Assembly: GCA_024704765.1 (NCBI GenBank)
Contig: JAKMXF010000321.1
Coordinates: 806,001-870,000, forward strand
Origin: Oopsacas minuta
Lineage: Eukaryota > Animalia > Porifera
Direction of reading: 5' to 3'
Length of the DNA stretch: 64,000 nt
The position numbers and the translations under genes were made by a program. The notes beneath the pieces were generated by a model, which was not told the DNA's origin, did no database searches, and saw nothing but the letters and a program-made list of their open reading frames with translations. Every line of letters begins with the position of its first letter. Position 1 is the stretch's first letter. Shown in pieces: positions 20,737 to 32,886 of the stretch.

Positions 20737-23700
20737 CTACGGTGTTTTGGCCGCTAAGAAGGTAGCTGCAAACTGTACTATGTAATTGGGAGTACTGTAG
20801 GCGAATATAACGATCAGAAGGATGAGAATGACTAGGAATATCACTAACATAATCCACCATTTATAATGTTTCCAGATTATGTATTTGAAACTCTTCCAGG
20901 GAGAGAGGAAGAAAGGAAACGAGGTAGCAGGTCGGTTTGGTTTCTCAAGGAATGGATTCGCGTTTGGTTCCAGCTGTGCCTCTCCTGCTGGTTTTAGCTC
21001 CGCGTCGTCTGCAGTTAAAATCTCTAATTCCATTTCCACCTTCCCTGTTATCTCTGGATTATTACCATCAGGATTAGCGATAACTGGCCACCAGCCTCGC
21101 ATTCGTTTTCGCTTGAACAAGTTGTCACAATTGCCAAGATCATCCTGCCAGGATACTTGGTTGATAGTACAGCGCCGAGCAGAAGTTACAGGTTTGAAGA
21201 ATCTAGTTAGATTGAATTCCACAGAGCCCAACACGTCGTCGGGACTGAACAGATCATTATCCCACACTTGTAATACTAAAATAGGATCAAGTCTCTTCTC
21301 TGTGCCTTCTATATTCCAAAAGTGTTCTTTCTTCTTTATAACAATTTCCTGTTCAGCCGGTAGATATCTGAAAGGGAATATCAACCTCCAATTGAACATA
21401 CCCTCTCCATCCATGCTACGGTAGTGTACGTCTGTTTTCCTACTTTTATCTTGTCCTCTAAGGAAAGCTTTCACGTATATATCACTCATACGTTCTCCTC
21501 CTATAATACTCCTCTCCTGTAGTATCACATCTTTCGTATTCCATACTACAATCCGTAGAAACATGTCCTGTGGCTTCCTGGGGGTAATATCAATAGGTGG
21601 TGGCATGCTACCTTCCCCTTTAGGGAATACATCTATAAACATGTCTAAGTATCCTTGAGGGAGATCTCCTTGTATAGGATTAATTAGCTTCCTCTGTTCA
21701 ATATGATCTGGCACATGTTCGAATTGATTGAGTACATACAGTGCGAGTCTCTGCTTCGCATTTCCTAGTTCTCGTTTTCTGTTCTTCCGCTCGTCTTTGT
21801 CTTTTATTTTTGGGAACAATTCATCACCTTCAAAATCTTCCAGACAGTAGGTTATACCGCTAATTTCTACCTGTGTACTTCCGTTCCATTTAACTTCTCC
21901 GTGTCCCTCCTCCTTAACATGTTTCTCCAGCAGAGCAGACGGTACCAGGTGATGTCTCCATTTACACGGACCAGCCACGAAGTAGTTCCTAGGCAAACCA
22001 CATGTTGCCATGTATTTAGTCAATAGTCTGTTTTCTAAATCTATAATGGTGTGACCAATTAGATCATCAGCTGATCCAAAATCATGATCCATGATGACAA
22101 GTTTCATTTCATGTTGGTGAGGAAGTCTGGCGTCGAATTCAAACATCTTTCCAAAGAGAGGATTAAGGTTATTAGGAATGTAGTGCTCCTTATCATCAAC
22201 AACCTCTTCTTCTCCAAGCATTACCTTAATGTAGGGATCTGATTTGCCGTTAGGATCTTGTGGAGCTAAGTTTTTACCTCTGATAACGTAAACTCTAACG
22301 GTTACCTCCTGTAGCCCACTTTGAGTGACATCCTTGTAGAGTAGAGGCACACTGTCTTGATCTTCCTCAGGTAGAAAGTATACCTTAACATCACCCTTGA
22401 AAAGACCACATGCATCTGCGTCTCTCTCAGCAGCTTTACCACGACTTAACTGGAAATCTTTGGTCCGGTCTCTGAAATATTTGAATGTCTGTTCAATTTC
22501 TCTCTCATAGTAAATCATAGGTTCAAATCCTTTCTCAACGAATCCAGTAGATTTCTTTTCATCCCCAACTGTAGAGTAGAATCTGCTCCAGAAGTCAAAC
22601 TCATCCCCCTGACTATCTGGATCCTGTGTCCCAACCTCTGAGTCAATAGAAATAGTTACATCCTTGTCACCTCCTGGGTCATCTCCCTGGGATTTCTTCT
22701 TAGGGGATAGAGGTTCAGGCTCCACAGGTTTCTTTGGAGGTGATTTTATCTTAGCTATGTCATTATCAATAGACTTATCATCTGCTAGAGATAGTCTAGG
22801 AGAAAGACACTGTAACGCATTCATAGCAATTTCCTCTGCCTCTTTAGAACCAGGAGTAGGTACAACGAATGATTCAAGAGATTTGATAGTGTGTACACCT
22901 ACGATTGGAGTTCTACCGAATGGTCGCTTGTCGAGTATCTGTATTTCTAACGGAGGCATGTATATCTGTTCCTTCGGTAGCATACAGTCCATGTGTATAC
23001 AGGGATTAGAGAAGTTAGGATTATCAGAGCATTTATCAATTGGATCACTCTCCCGCATGTAATTACCACATACAAGTCGTAATAGAGGATGTTCTACTGA
23101 GATAAGTTCAAACTTCTTCATATCCCTAACTCCCCATGCGAGGGCCTCAACACGCATCGGTACAAGTTTAGGACGGACATTGAATGGTACCAGATGGTAC
23201 TTAGCGTCCTTAGAGAGGGGAGGGATCTCTAGCTCATGCTCGTTCTTACCATCCATCAGGATAAGTTCAAAAGCTCCCAATAACTCGCCTCCCTCCAAAC
23301 TCTGATGAAATATAGAGTACCATTTCAGTCTAATAGGTTCTTTTTCGGGTCCCAAACGGACCTCTGGTGTAGCGAATGTTCTACCCATCAATTCGTTCTT
23401 ACCGATCAAATCCTTATCAAAGAACTCCACTACAACAAGAGGAGGAGAAGCCATGGTTGTCTCAGGGTCTCCGAAAATAGGAATATCTTTAAACTCTACG
23501 GTTTCATCCCAAGTAGGACATACACTAGCTTTTATTGTGTGCGTTTTCTTGCTTTTATTTACAAATGAAACTATAGCATAAGGGTCAGCTAGGCCGCTCT
23601 TATCACCGGAGAGAAGAGCACGTGCTTGATAGATATAGGCTCTTAGAATCCATTTATGTTCCTTCACGAAGTGCATGTACATACGAGGAGATTGTAGTAG

Positions 23701-26700
23701 AGCTTTCTTCTTAGCTTTTTTAGCAGCTTTTTTTTCTTTCTTACTTTTCTTCTTTCCATCATCTTCGCCATCACCCGATCCCTTAAACTTGAATATACAG
23801 GGGGCAGATTTGTCATTAGCCACCATCTTACGTAGCCATCTCCTCCTCCTAAACACATGTTTCCTCTTCTCGATTCTGTAGTAAGGACCCCCGTGAAATA
23901 TTGAGAACTCCCATCCTTCAGTTTCTTTGGTCTTCTGAGCTGATTTGACTTTAGCTTTCAATTCAGGAGATTCTATAGCTCTAATCCTTAATCTCACAAT
24001 TCTTCTTCGCTTCATAATAGAATCACCACGCTCCATAGGTTGGAAATTATCTCTGGATTCAGAATCGTTAGTATACTCCCAACCGTCCTGGTCCACCATC
24101 CTATTAGTGTCTACATTCCAGTCTGCATCCTTCCACACCCATCCATCTGGACACTTAATCTCCTGTGGGGTCTGATACTCAACACCGGAATCATCTTCAA
24201 ATGTAACTGTAACGTTCTCCCAATCCTGATCATCTTCCGTACGCAGTACTACCTCATATGTCTCTTCCTGAATTTCTCGCATTTTAAGCTCAGGGTCATA
24301 GTCAATGTCATCAGCTGATGAGATGAACCAATCTCCGTCCCATCGCCAGCCTTTGGGGGTCTCGAATGATTCTCTAGGCATGGACATGTCACCATAGTTG
24401 TCTGACCAGTCAGGAACTGGAGAAAAAGCTGTACCCCAAGAGAATCCGTGGAAGACATTGTTCTCATAGGTCTCTGCGAATGTAACAACAGTGCCCCCGG
24501 GGATACACTCCTCCCAATTATCCGTGCACTCTTCACGGCCCAACCAAGCAGCGAATCTTACCTGAGCTCCTAACCTATCAGAAGCATCAGCATTTGCATC
24601 CTTTACAGGCTGCCTTAAGAAACGTGTATGCACCTTCCCACAGTTCAAACCTTTAGCCATATGATTAGGGGAGAAGAATATCTCTGAAGCAGGCACACGA
24701 GCTACTGCTACTCTTTCATTATCATGTATCATCCATAGAATTAAATCAGGAATAGAGATTTGTGATTCAACAGCCATAGCTTTTATTCTGTTCAGAAATC
24801 CTACACACTCTTCAATAGCTTCTTCAACTTCAGTAGCATTCTGCCTCAGTGCGTATATCTCATCCTTCAGTACCATGATCTCGTTCTCTCGGTATTTACC
24901 CCATTGTATGTCTAGCTCTGTAGCTCCGTCGAATGACAGCTGAGGCATCGGTTCATTAAGTCCGTTTACAAGATTCTCCAGCATATTGATAACAGCCTGC
25001 GCTACTTTATCAGGAGATACGTCCTTACCTTCTCTAAGCAGATCCTTAATTCCCTTAATCTTCTTCTCCAGTTCACATGATATGTGTAGTAATATGTTAA
25101 GTGATTCTATACGATAAGTGTTATCCTCCCATTGACATGGAATAACACAGCAAGGCTTCTTATCATCCCATGGCAGGAAGTAGTAGTGCCCCTGGTCTGA
25201 TGCAGGTTTAGTTTCCTGTGTGATGCTGGAAGATGGCGGGGCATTAGGATCCTCTCTGTACCCGTAGCTACCCATACTGACTTCAAACTCCACTCCGTTG
25301 CTATGAGGCTTGACTTGAGTTGCGTGGAAGAAAGCTACGAATAATCTGTGCTTGAAACGACGCTGAGTTTTGAGAATAGATCTATGCTCAATAGCTGGGA
25401 TATCTTCTCGCGTTTTGCTCGGATATTTCCCTAAATCCGTGTTCAGCTGTAGGAGAACTCTCCCTCTGAAAGCAACACCCTCTTGTACCCCTTTGTTCAG
25501 ATGATCGTATTGATCTGTGAAGTCTTTGAATTCTCGAGTAGACCCGTAGAAATTGATCCAAGCTGGACCGAAAGTAGGCAGAAATCCGTCATCTCCAGGC
25601 AGAGATATCCTGGGTATCATCAGGAAACTTGTACCAGCTGTATCATCTCTACCTACTCTATCGTAGTCATATAATCTTATTCGTATACGTTCACACATGG
25701 AAGGGAATCGTATACCCATATTTATCTGTTCATTCCATTCAGGGTTACAAGTTGTGAACTTAACACTACTGCTTATCTTATGACCAGCATAGTTAACCTG
25801 TACATACGGGTCTACGAGATCTTTCTTCTCATCGCAATCTTTGCCGAGGAAAGATTTGAAAGACTGGAAGAATGCGGCGTCCATCTGAGGTACATCCTCA
25901 GCTCGGAATACTCTAACCTTGAAGGTAGCAGGCTGTAGACGGACGCCAGAGGGTCTCAAGAGGTTAGCATCTATGTCATCAATATGTGCACTAGAAGAGT
26001 CGTAAGCTGGGAATGGTTTGGGGTCATCTCCTGGTCCCACAACTCCTATACTAATCTTAAGATAACCCTTAGTACCACCAGATCCTATCTCCTTATCAGT
26101 TACTAATAGGACCCATTTCTGTACAAATCCGTGCTCAGGCTCGTCGTATATAGCACCCACGTCTAGCTTGAAGTTACCGATGAGACTATCCTTCATGCTG
26201 AACTTACTATTCACAACCTTCATAACTACAACACTATCAAATAGTTCTTTTGGACGTATCTTGAAGTTGAATACCAGTGTTTCGTCCCATACAGGGTTAG
26301 TTGAGCTTTTGACTGAGGAAGTACTCTTACTCTTACTAGCACAGCAGATGGTACAACAAGGACTGATACTGCCTCCACCTCCTGCTAGTCTACGTGCTTC
26401 AATGCAATGTATGCGTATTTGGAAATCTAGCTCTTTGTTAGGTAGATTATCTCTAGCTTGTCTGTTCTTGTATTTAGCAGCCCTCTTCTGTGCGGATTTG
26501 CTGCTTTTCAATCCTTTAGATTCTCCCATTGCACCAGTACCTTCCTCGCCATCACCCCCTTCTCCATCTCCTCCTTCATCACCCATCTCTCCGTCCATCC
26601 CATCCCCCATATCTCCTCCTGCATCAGGATCCCCTGGATCTCCTCCCGTGTCCCCACCACCACCTCCTGACTCCCCTGCATCCTGAGAAGCTCCCCCGCC

Positions 26701-27102
26701 CCCTCCTGCACCTCCTCCCCCGCTCTTCTGAGGTGCCGTATAACGTATAGACAGGTTAACACTACCCTGTATGGACTTACTAGACTTATCCACTAATTTC
26801 TGTGCTGGAATAGCTTGTGTCCCTGAACGAATAGCTTGTCCTATAGATATTGATGCTTTTCCCATTACCCTATCTCTGATAGTTTCTTTGTCCATTACTA
26901 TCAGTTCAAGAGTTTCTCCTCCGCTTAGATTAGCAGCTATTGGGAATTCTAGTGTCTCTCCCCATTCAGGATCCAGATTGTTGTCGATTACTTTAGTTTT
27001 CTTCTCCTGACCCTGGAATTTCAGTTTAACATAGGGATCACTCTTACCGATCCTTTCCAGGTTTTTGAGGTTGCTGGCACTCACAACCTCAATACTCAGC
27101 AT
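20737..27102 (-). CDS. MYOF: Type I ferlin (myoferlin/dysferlin-like), single exon, 2121 aa
   Basis: C2A (MLSIEVVSASNL...SDPYV), C2B, C2C (FKVRVFRAEDVPQMD), FerI (LPTFGPAWINFYGS), FerA/FerB, nested DysF (GWRWDGDW, DGWEY, RRRRWLR), C2D (RAYIYQARAL), C2E, C2F (SDIYVKAFL...TDVHYRSMDGEGMFNWR) and a C-terminal TM helix. DysF defines type I. The symbol is family-level; one-to-one orthology with a vertebrate paralog is not claimed. Confidence 0.95.
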   Translation of the reverse strand: MLSIEVVSASNLKNLERIGKSDPYVKLKFQGQEKKTKVIDNNLDPEWGETLEFPIAANLSGGETLELIVMDKETIRDRVMGKASISIGQAIRSGTQAIPAQKLVDKSSKSIQGSVNLSIRYTAPQKSGGGGAGGGGGASQDAGESGGGGGDTGGDPGDPDAGGDMGDGMDGEMGDEGGDGEGGDGEEGTGAMGESKGLKSSKSAQKRAAKYKNRQARDNLPNKELDFQIRIHCIEARRLAGGGGSISPCCTICCASKSKSTSSVKSSTNPVWDETLVFNFKIRPKELFDSVVVMKVVNSKFSMKDSLIGNFKLDVGAIYDEPEHGFVQKWVLLVTDKEIGSGGTKGYLKISIGVVGPGDDPKPFPAYDSSSAHIDDIDANLLRPSGVRLQPATFKVRVFRAEDVPQMDAAFFQSFKSFLGKDCDEKKDLVDPYVQVNYAGHKISSSVKFTTCNPEWNEQINMGIRFPSMCERIRIRLYDYDRVGRDDTAGTSFLMIPRISLPGDDGFLPTFGPAWINFYGSTREFKDFTDQYDHLNKGVQEGVAFRGRVLLQLNTDLGKYPSKTREDIPAIEHRSILKTQRRFKHRLFVAFFHATQVKPHSNGVEFEVSMGSYGYREDPNAPPSSSITQETKPASDQGHYYFLPWDDKKPCCVIPCQWEDNTYRIESLNILLHISCELEKKIKGIKDLLREGKDVSPDKVAQAVINMLENLVNGLNEPMPQLSFDGATELDIQWGKYRENEIMVLKDEIYALRQNATEVEEAIEECVGFLNRIKAMAVESQISIPDLILWMIHDNERVAVARVPASEIFFSPNHMAKGLNCGKVHTRFLRQPVKDANADASDRLGAQVRFAAWLGREECTDNWEECIPGGTVVTFAETYENNVFHGFSWGTAFSPVPDWSDNYGDMSMPRESFETPKGWRWDGDWFISSADDIDYDPELKMREIQEETYEVVLRTEDDQDWENVTVTFEDDSGVEYQTPQEIKCPDGWVWKDADWNVDTNRMVDQDGWEYTNDSESRDNFQPMERGDSIMKRRRIVRLRIRAIESPELKAKVKSAQKTKETEGWEFSIFHGGPYYRIEKRKHVFRRRRWLRKMVANDKSAPCIFKFKGSGDGEDDGKKKSKKEKKAAKKAKKKALLQSPRMYMHFVKEHKWILRAYIYQARALLSGDKSGLADPYAIVSFVNKSKKTHTIKASVCPTWDETVEFKDIPIFGDPETTMASPPLVVVEFFDKDLIGKNELMGRTFATPEVRLGPEKEPIRLKWYSIFHQSLEGGELLGAFELILMDGKNEHELEIPPLSKDAKYHLVPFNVRPKLVPMRVEALAWGVRDMKKFELISVEHPLLRLVCGNYMRESDPIDKCSDNPNFSNPCIHMDCMLPKEQIYMPPLEIQILDKRPFGRTPIVGVHTIKSLESFVVPTPGSKEAEEIAMNALQCLSPRLSLADDKSIDNDIAKIKSPPKKPVEPEPLSPKKKSQGDDPGGDKDVTISIDSEVGTQDPDSQGDEFDFWSRFYSTVGDEKKSTGFVEKGFEPMIYYEREIEQTFKYFRDRTKDFQLSRGKAAERDADACGLFKGDVKVYFLPEEDQDSVPLLYKDVTQSGLQEVTVRVYVIRGKNLAPQDPNGKSDPYIKVMLGEEEVVDDKEHYIPNNLNPLFGKMFEFDARLPHQHEMKLVIMDHDFGSADDLIGHTIIDLENRLLTKYMATCGLPRNYFVAGPCKWRHHLVPSALLEKHVKEEGHGEVKWNGSTQVEISGITYCLEDFEGDELFPKIKDKDERKNRKRELGNAKQRLALYVLNQFEHVPDHIEQRKLINPIQGDLPQGYLDMFIDVFPKGEGSMPPPIDITPRKPQDMFLRIVVWNTKDVILQERSIIGGERMSDIYVKAFLRGQDKSRKTDVHYRSMDGEGMFNWRLIFPFRYLPAEQEIVIKKKEHFWNIEGTEKRLDPILVLQVWDNDLFSPDDVLGSVEFNLTRFFKPVTSARRCTINQVSWQDDLGNCDNLFKRKRMRGWWPVIANPDGNNPEITGKVEMELEILTADDAELKPAGEAQLEPNANPFLEKPNRPATSFPFFLSPWKSFKYIIWKHYKWWIMLVIFLVILILLIVIFAYSTPNYIVQFAATFLAAKTP

Positions 27103-28269
27103 GGTGTAAGACCTGACTCAATAACTAAAAGCTAATCTGGAATACAATTTATCATTGTTAATTACTAAAGTAGCTTATACCAAATCATAATATATCAGGA
27201 TATTCAGTATTTGCTGATAAAGTGTTGAATAGGGTGTGTAGGAATTTGTAGTAACAAAAGCTGCATACTTAAGAATGTTATGGGTTATTTGCCAAGGAGA
27301 GGGTCATCTCGAGCCGAATTTTTTTGTGGCAAAGTTCTGGATATTGTTTTGTACATTGCTGTAATATTCATCAAAGATTTAATGGTCATGTAAAATAACT
27401 GTTTCTCATCTGGAATTTCTTGGGAGACTTGGACGGCGGACTGTATTTTACTTTTAGTTTTTAGAGGCCAGTTAAAATGTAAAATATTTTTACCCTCGAT
27501 TATCCCATCACTTCCTCTCTGGGAATAAAAATTCAACTACGTATACAAGTAGTAAAGTGTGGATTGCACAATCTGTGACCAAAGAATTATCCATAAATTT
27601 GGAAAAAATACAAATAAAATATTTCCAGATAGGGTAGAAAATTGTGAGGGGAGGAGAATAAGTATTTTACTTTACAAGGCCCAATAATATCTGGAAATGT
27701 AATCTTACAAATCTGAATGTGAAGTGTTCATTTGATAATTTACACAAATAATGTACTTATGAGTTAATGAATATAAATATATTCACTGTAATTGAGTTTA
27801 TAGACCTTAAGCCTAACATGAAAAGCCGATACCTTAGAGAATATTGTCAAAAATTTAGTTAAGTAAAATTAAAAGCTAGAATCCAAATAATTTCTATTCA
27901 ACATTATATTTTTTTTGGGGAAGATAATGTATTACAAGTACGTGTATATACGTATGTACTATAGAATTCAATACACACACTTATTGACCTCAGATATCAT
28001 GTGATAGTATATCAAATCAGAATATAACGTATCTTAATGATATAAGTGGATTTACTTGTTCAAAGATAGAATGGTATAAAGTGAAAAGAGATAATGTGTG
28101 ATAAATCTGACTTTATTGTATAATGAAAATCTTGCAAGGGTCCACAGGATATGTAAATTGGTATAGGGGGTCCATGGCTGAAAAAGGTTGGGAATCGCAG
28201 TACTATGTAATGTCAAAATTGTGACAAATATAAGAAAAATATCCCATCATTTCCATTGTTAAACAGATG

Positions 28270-28372
28270 CAGGGGCGGCGGAAACTGTCAGGCAAGTTAG
28301 CTATGGCCAGACCACTTTACAAAAGATCAAGCCAATGGCCTGACCTCTATTTAGCACCTTCCGCCGCCCTTG
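28270..28372. mobile_element. 103-bp GC-ended MITE with 14-bp TIRs
   Basis: caggggcggcggaa ... ttccgccgcccttg (one mismatch), flanked on both sides by agatg (28265-28269 and 28373-28377). Confidence 0.7.
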
Positions 28373-29476
28373 AGATGCCAAGACAGTATGCAATAGTTAT
28401 GAACAAGACGTATCACAAATTAGTATCACAATAACTCGCAACAGACAACTTGTCGGGATAATTGTCATGTTGCGAGTTGTGTTACTACCGAATAAATGCT
28501 CAAGGAACTAGTATCAGTAACAAATATAACGTCAATATTTTAGGGTAATTTTATCACGTATACATAATGTTGATATAGACATAGGCGCCGAATCATTAAC
28601 TAGCCCAGAAATGGATGGAATCATGGCCTTGGTGTGGGAACAGTGGGATTATTACAACATACGTATATACTTAGATCAATTATAATACAATCCGGTAACT
28701 CGAAAGAATTTGATTCTCCTGAGGGTTTGAGTTACCGGATGCAGATGTTGACTGTACGCACATGTTCGTAGAAAATTAGAGGCTAATATTTCGTAGAAAT
28801 GAAATAAATATATTTGTAGAAATTTAGTAAATAATAAACTTACAAAACTTGAGTGAAACAAATAATATAATCACACAATTAAATGAACTTCAGCTACATT
28901 AGCATACTTATGTTGATACTAAGCCTATGAAAATGATAGAGCTAGAGTTACACTAAATAACCTAGAGATTCGTGTCAACGAGTAAGGAGATATTTAAGTC
29001 CTAAACAAATTCCCATTCTCTCATTATATGGCATCATTACAATGTAGGCATAATTATTTAGTTCAGGTGAATAGCGTAATTGAAAAGTCAGTCAAAGTTC
29101 GCTGAATATTAGTTAATCCGAATTTATCAAAACAAAAGATTACATTTCTATAGGAAAGATTACACTTACTACTCAAACCCTAACTTCATAATATACTTAG
29201 AGACTTGGTTCGGTTAAATACTAAGTTTCCAGGCTTGATTAATCCGTGATTAACTATAAGAAATTATGATTAATTCATAATAAAGGTAAATAATGTGGAT
29301 ATTACTTGTAATTAATATTTATCCACAAAAACATTTAATCACTAATTATGGCTATGAGATACACTAATTGTGTATTTTGGCTAGGCACTGTACAAGGTCG
29401 TTATTGATAGAGATTGTTCTCAGGAATTGCAAGAGATCGCGGATTCATCAGTTACAGTAAACCCAGTTAGTGCGTA

Positions 29477-29875
29477 CAGTCGAAATTGAGCTTTTTTGCC
29501 CCCCAAAATGCACGGAAAAGAGGCAAAACTCAAAACCATTTTATGTTTCGAGGGGGTAACTCTTAATCTTAATACAGTAGAGACAACAAAAATAAATATG
29601 TTAGTAAATAACTAAACAATCATCAATATTTATTCATTTTGACCAATTAAATTGCACTCGAAATCGGGAATTTTTTATCACATGAAAGAGGGCAAGAAAC
29701 AGGAGGCAAATAACACGAAAGAAAATGCATTGAAACTGCACTTTTATATAATCAAGGTAGCAAAATAACCTGATACGCAAATAACCAATATGTTTTGTAT
29801 TTAGATATTATTAGGGAGAAACAAGCAAATATAAGGAGGCAATATAACCCAGCGGCAAAAACCCGATTTCGATTG
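29477..29875. mobile_element. pogo/Tigger-like (Tc1/mariner) MITE, 399 bp, TA TSD
   Basis: ta|cagtcgaaattgagcttttttgcc ... ggcaaaaacccgatttcgattg|ta; imperfect ~22-bp TIRs beginning CAG/CAA. Confidence 0.7.
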
Positions 29876-30297
29876 TAGTACTTTTTCCAAAACAGATCGC
29901 TAATCTTATCTTGTATTATTGTATAAGAATAATATTAGGATAAGACGTACTTCCGTTAGTAAGTACTACTTTTGTTTCCCCGAGGGGATATGTCTTTTCT
30001 GAGTTCTACTGCATTGCTCAGGAATTAGGAATAGATTTATAATTTTCACATAGATTCTAAACCAAAAAGAAGGCAGATCAAAGCATCATAAAAGGTCCCT
30101 TGTAAATAGTCTAGAATAATAAATGTTGATAGATACCTCCATAATATGGCCAAAAATCTAATATATGTAGTATTATTATATTGTAATAGAAAAGCAAATT
30201 AAAATCAAAGTAGTACACTTCGATGATGCAATTAGTCGAAAAACAATCTTTCTAACTAAACTATAAGTGATAAGGTTATAATAGCTAATCTTACTAT

Positions 30298-32018
30298 CTA
30301 TTGGGGTTTCTCTAAGTCACTGAGATTCAACATTAAGTTCCTAGCATCTAGATAAGCTCTGTTGTGAGAGGATGAAATTATACGGGCAATCTCTTGAGCT
30401 GTTTTCAGACGTCTAAGTTTAAGATAACCAGGATGAGACTGTATAGCTTTACCTAACATTTTAGCAGCTTCTCCTTCTCCCTCAGCTCTCACTATTTTCT
30501 CCTGTCTCTCCTGTTTAGCACGCTCTACCACGAATTGAGCACGTTGTGCCTCTTGTTGAGCAACCTAACAGTATATCAGAGTATAATATAAGTTCATGGA
30601 ATAAATCAGGAATGCTTTTAGTAAAACATTTTTTGTTGGTCATGTTTGGCCAAAAAGTCATATGAGAAACCCTGAGCTAACGATGTTCCACTTTAGCACA
30701 GTAGACAGGATTTTTTACTGGGAGGGGATAACACCATTAGAACCGAAAGAATAGATTATTCTTCAAAGATACATATCCCTCCCTCCTAGCTACGTCACCA
30801 GTTACCTGCTTCGCTTCAATAGCAGCAGTGTATTCTGAACTGAATGATAAATCAGTGATAGACACGTCATCAAGAATTATATTAAAATCCTTAGCTCTCT
30901 CAATCAGTCTATCTCTCACTAGCTGAGATACCAGAGGTCTCTGTGTAATCAGCTGAGCAGCATTGAATTGAGCTACTACACTCTTTAAGATCTCATTAGT
31001 TATGCTCGGTAGTACTCTAGCATCATAATCCTTGCTTAATGTCCTATACATGTTAGCTAGTGTGTCTTGTGCTGGTCTGTGTAGAACTCTCAACCCTGTA
31101 TTATAAGTATTATTATATTAGTAAGCACATTACAGTAGTACCCCAGATTAATTTTACGCTTTTAGCCTGGTTTGTTTCTAGAAATGTGATCGGTAATTAT
31201 ATATTAATCGGATTGTACTGTATCACACTTTCCAACCTGAGTGAAGAAAAAAGTTTAGCAGGAGGTAGTATATTACCATCAGAGTGGAGTATTAAAAGTC
31301 GAACAAGTATGGTTTTTGACAAATTTCGGAGGGATACCAAAACTGGAGAGTTGGCAAGTATGATGTATATATACACGTACTCTGTAGAGTGGAAGCAGAT
31401 TAATAGACTACTCGGGGTCTGTAGGCGATACTGAGCCGAAGAGCAGGGGGACATACATATTTTATAATCATTTATAAATGGCATAGAGTAAACTCTCATT
31501 TACGAAATGATAAATAGAAATACTACTAGCTCCTTATATAGATAGGAAAAATACTCTCAATGACCTGATCATACCACAAAATGATTTCAAATGCCGAATA
31601 TAAATTCCACATAAATCGAAGTATATATCATCATTAATTAAAAATCTATTCTAATGTATAGAAGTATTAAAGCATCTACCGCGGTAGCTGTTAACATGCT
31701 CCAAGGCATACATGCTATAACCAGAGTTCGCTCCATTATTCAACATAGCATATTAATACAATTGGAATGATGTACGGATGGTTGGTGCTGGCGTGTTGGA
31801 GCTGTGACGGTGTACGTATGTATTTTGAGCATCATATAATTACCTAATTCGTTGGCCAATTTAAAATAAACCTATTACATATTTCTTCGAGTTATACGGT
31901 CAGGGTTGCCCTGGGTATGGGAATTCCATATGGAAAACCTATGAGAATAATTAACATTACTTCCCTATGCACTGGCCTGATTTACTAGTGCCAGTAATTT
32001 TGATCATAAGAACCTGTA

Positions 32019-32092
<74 letters not shown>

Positions 32093-32445
32093 TATTTGTT
32101 ATAAAGAGCTCAATTTGATAGCACCTTACCTATGTTCACAATCTGTAGATCCTTACTCCCACTGGGGCTAATGAACTTGTATGGACGTGCTCTTATATCA
32201 AATATAATGGGCTTATGTACCCAAGGTAATCTGAAGTGTAGACCCTCATTCATCACCTCATTTCCTAAACCACTAACTCTGCTGAACAGAATACTCCTAT
32301 GTCCGCCCTCAACTGTATAGACACAGTTCTTTACCGCATAGCCTATTCCCACTAGTCCTAACGCTACCACTGCGAAGGATCCTGTTCCCTTAGGGAGCTT
32401 GAACCCACTGAAGTCCAGCTTCACTTCAGGACCTTTGTTAGACAT
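30298..32445 (-). CDS. PHB2: Prohibitin-2, three exons, 290 aa
   Basis: Exons 32445-32130, 31095-30806 and 30564-30298 (316+290+267 = 873 nt, in frame); all introns GT-AG. PHB2-type motifs [24 protein letters not shown]|[28 protein letters not shown]|[17 protein letters not shown]. Confidence 0.95.
32021..32091 (+). repeat. (TAA)n microsatellite in PHB2 intron 1
   Basis: Roughly 23 uninterrupted units read directly. Confidence 0.95.
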
Positions 32446-32689
32446 ACTAATCTATGTAATTATTGCCAGAAATAATAGGTTGGGAAAATAGATAAATTAT
32501 ATGTTAAATAAAATAAATGTGGAGCTCATTGACTTATTCCTGTTGCTCTAAAATATATTAGTATACATATCAACCTACCAAAGAAAAGAAAACAAAGGGA
32601 GGGAAGGTCCTACATTAGGGAAACATTTTAATTTTATCCGAGGAGTATATTTGTATTAGCTTGGTCAACCAAAAAAGCGGGACTGTTTT

Positions 32690-32886
32690 CAGGGGTGTCC
32701 TGGATCTGGCAGACCCGAGGGGGGGGAAATGGGGCTTTTGCCCCGGGTCTGACAGATCCTCAAACCACCACAGCGGCCTTCCCATTATATAATAAGATTG
32801 TTCCAGGGTATGCAAAATCCTGGGACCGCCCCTGAACTGGACGGGCCAGGATCTGGGGCCGCTTGCCCCCGCCCCGACCGCCACTG
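32690..32886. mobile_element. GC-rich nested MITE remnants containing an internal 16-bp hairpin
   Basis: Outer imperfect TIR caggggtgtcctggat (32690) and atcctgggaccgcccctg (32817-32834). Inner inverted repeat ggatctggcagacccg (32702-32717) and cgggtctgacagatcc (32744-32759). A further gaccgccactg end follows. No TSD found. Confidence 0.5.

Noticed and set aside
20879-27010. Many antisense or alternate-frame ORFs inside the ferlin, including Pro/Ser/His-rich ones at 26168-26762
   Set aside because: Explained by higher GC content and the GGA/GAT-rich low-complexity linker of ferlin.
31060-31499. ORFs of 100-124 aa inside PHB2 intron 1
   Set aside because: No recognisable domain; they lie in an intron defined by clean splice sites and a frame-consistent PHB2 model.
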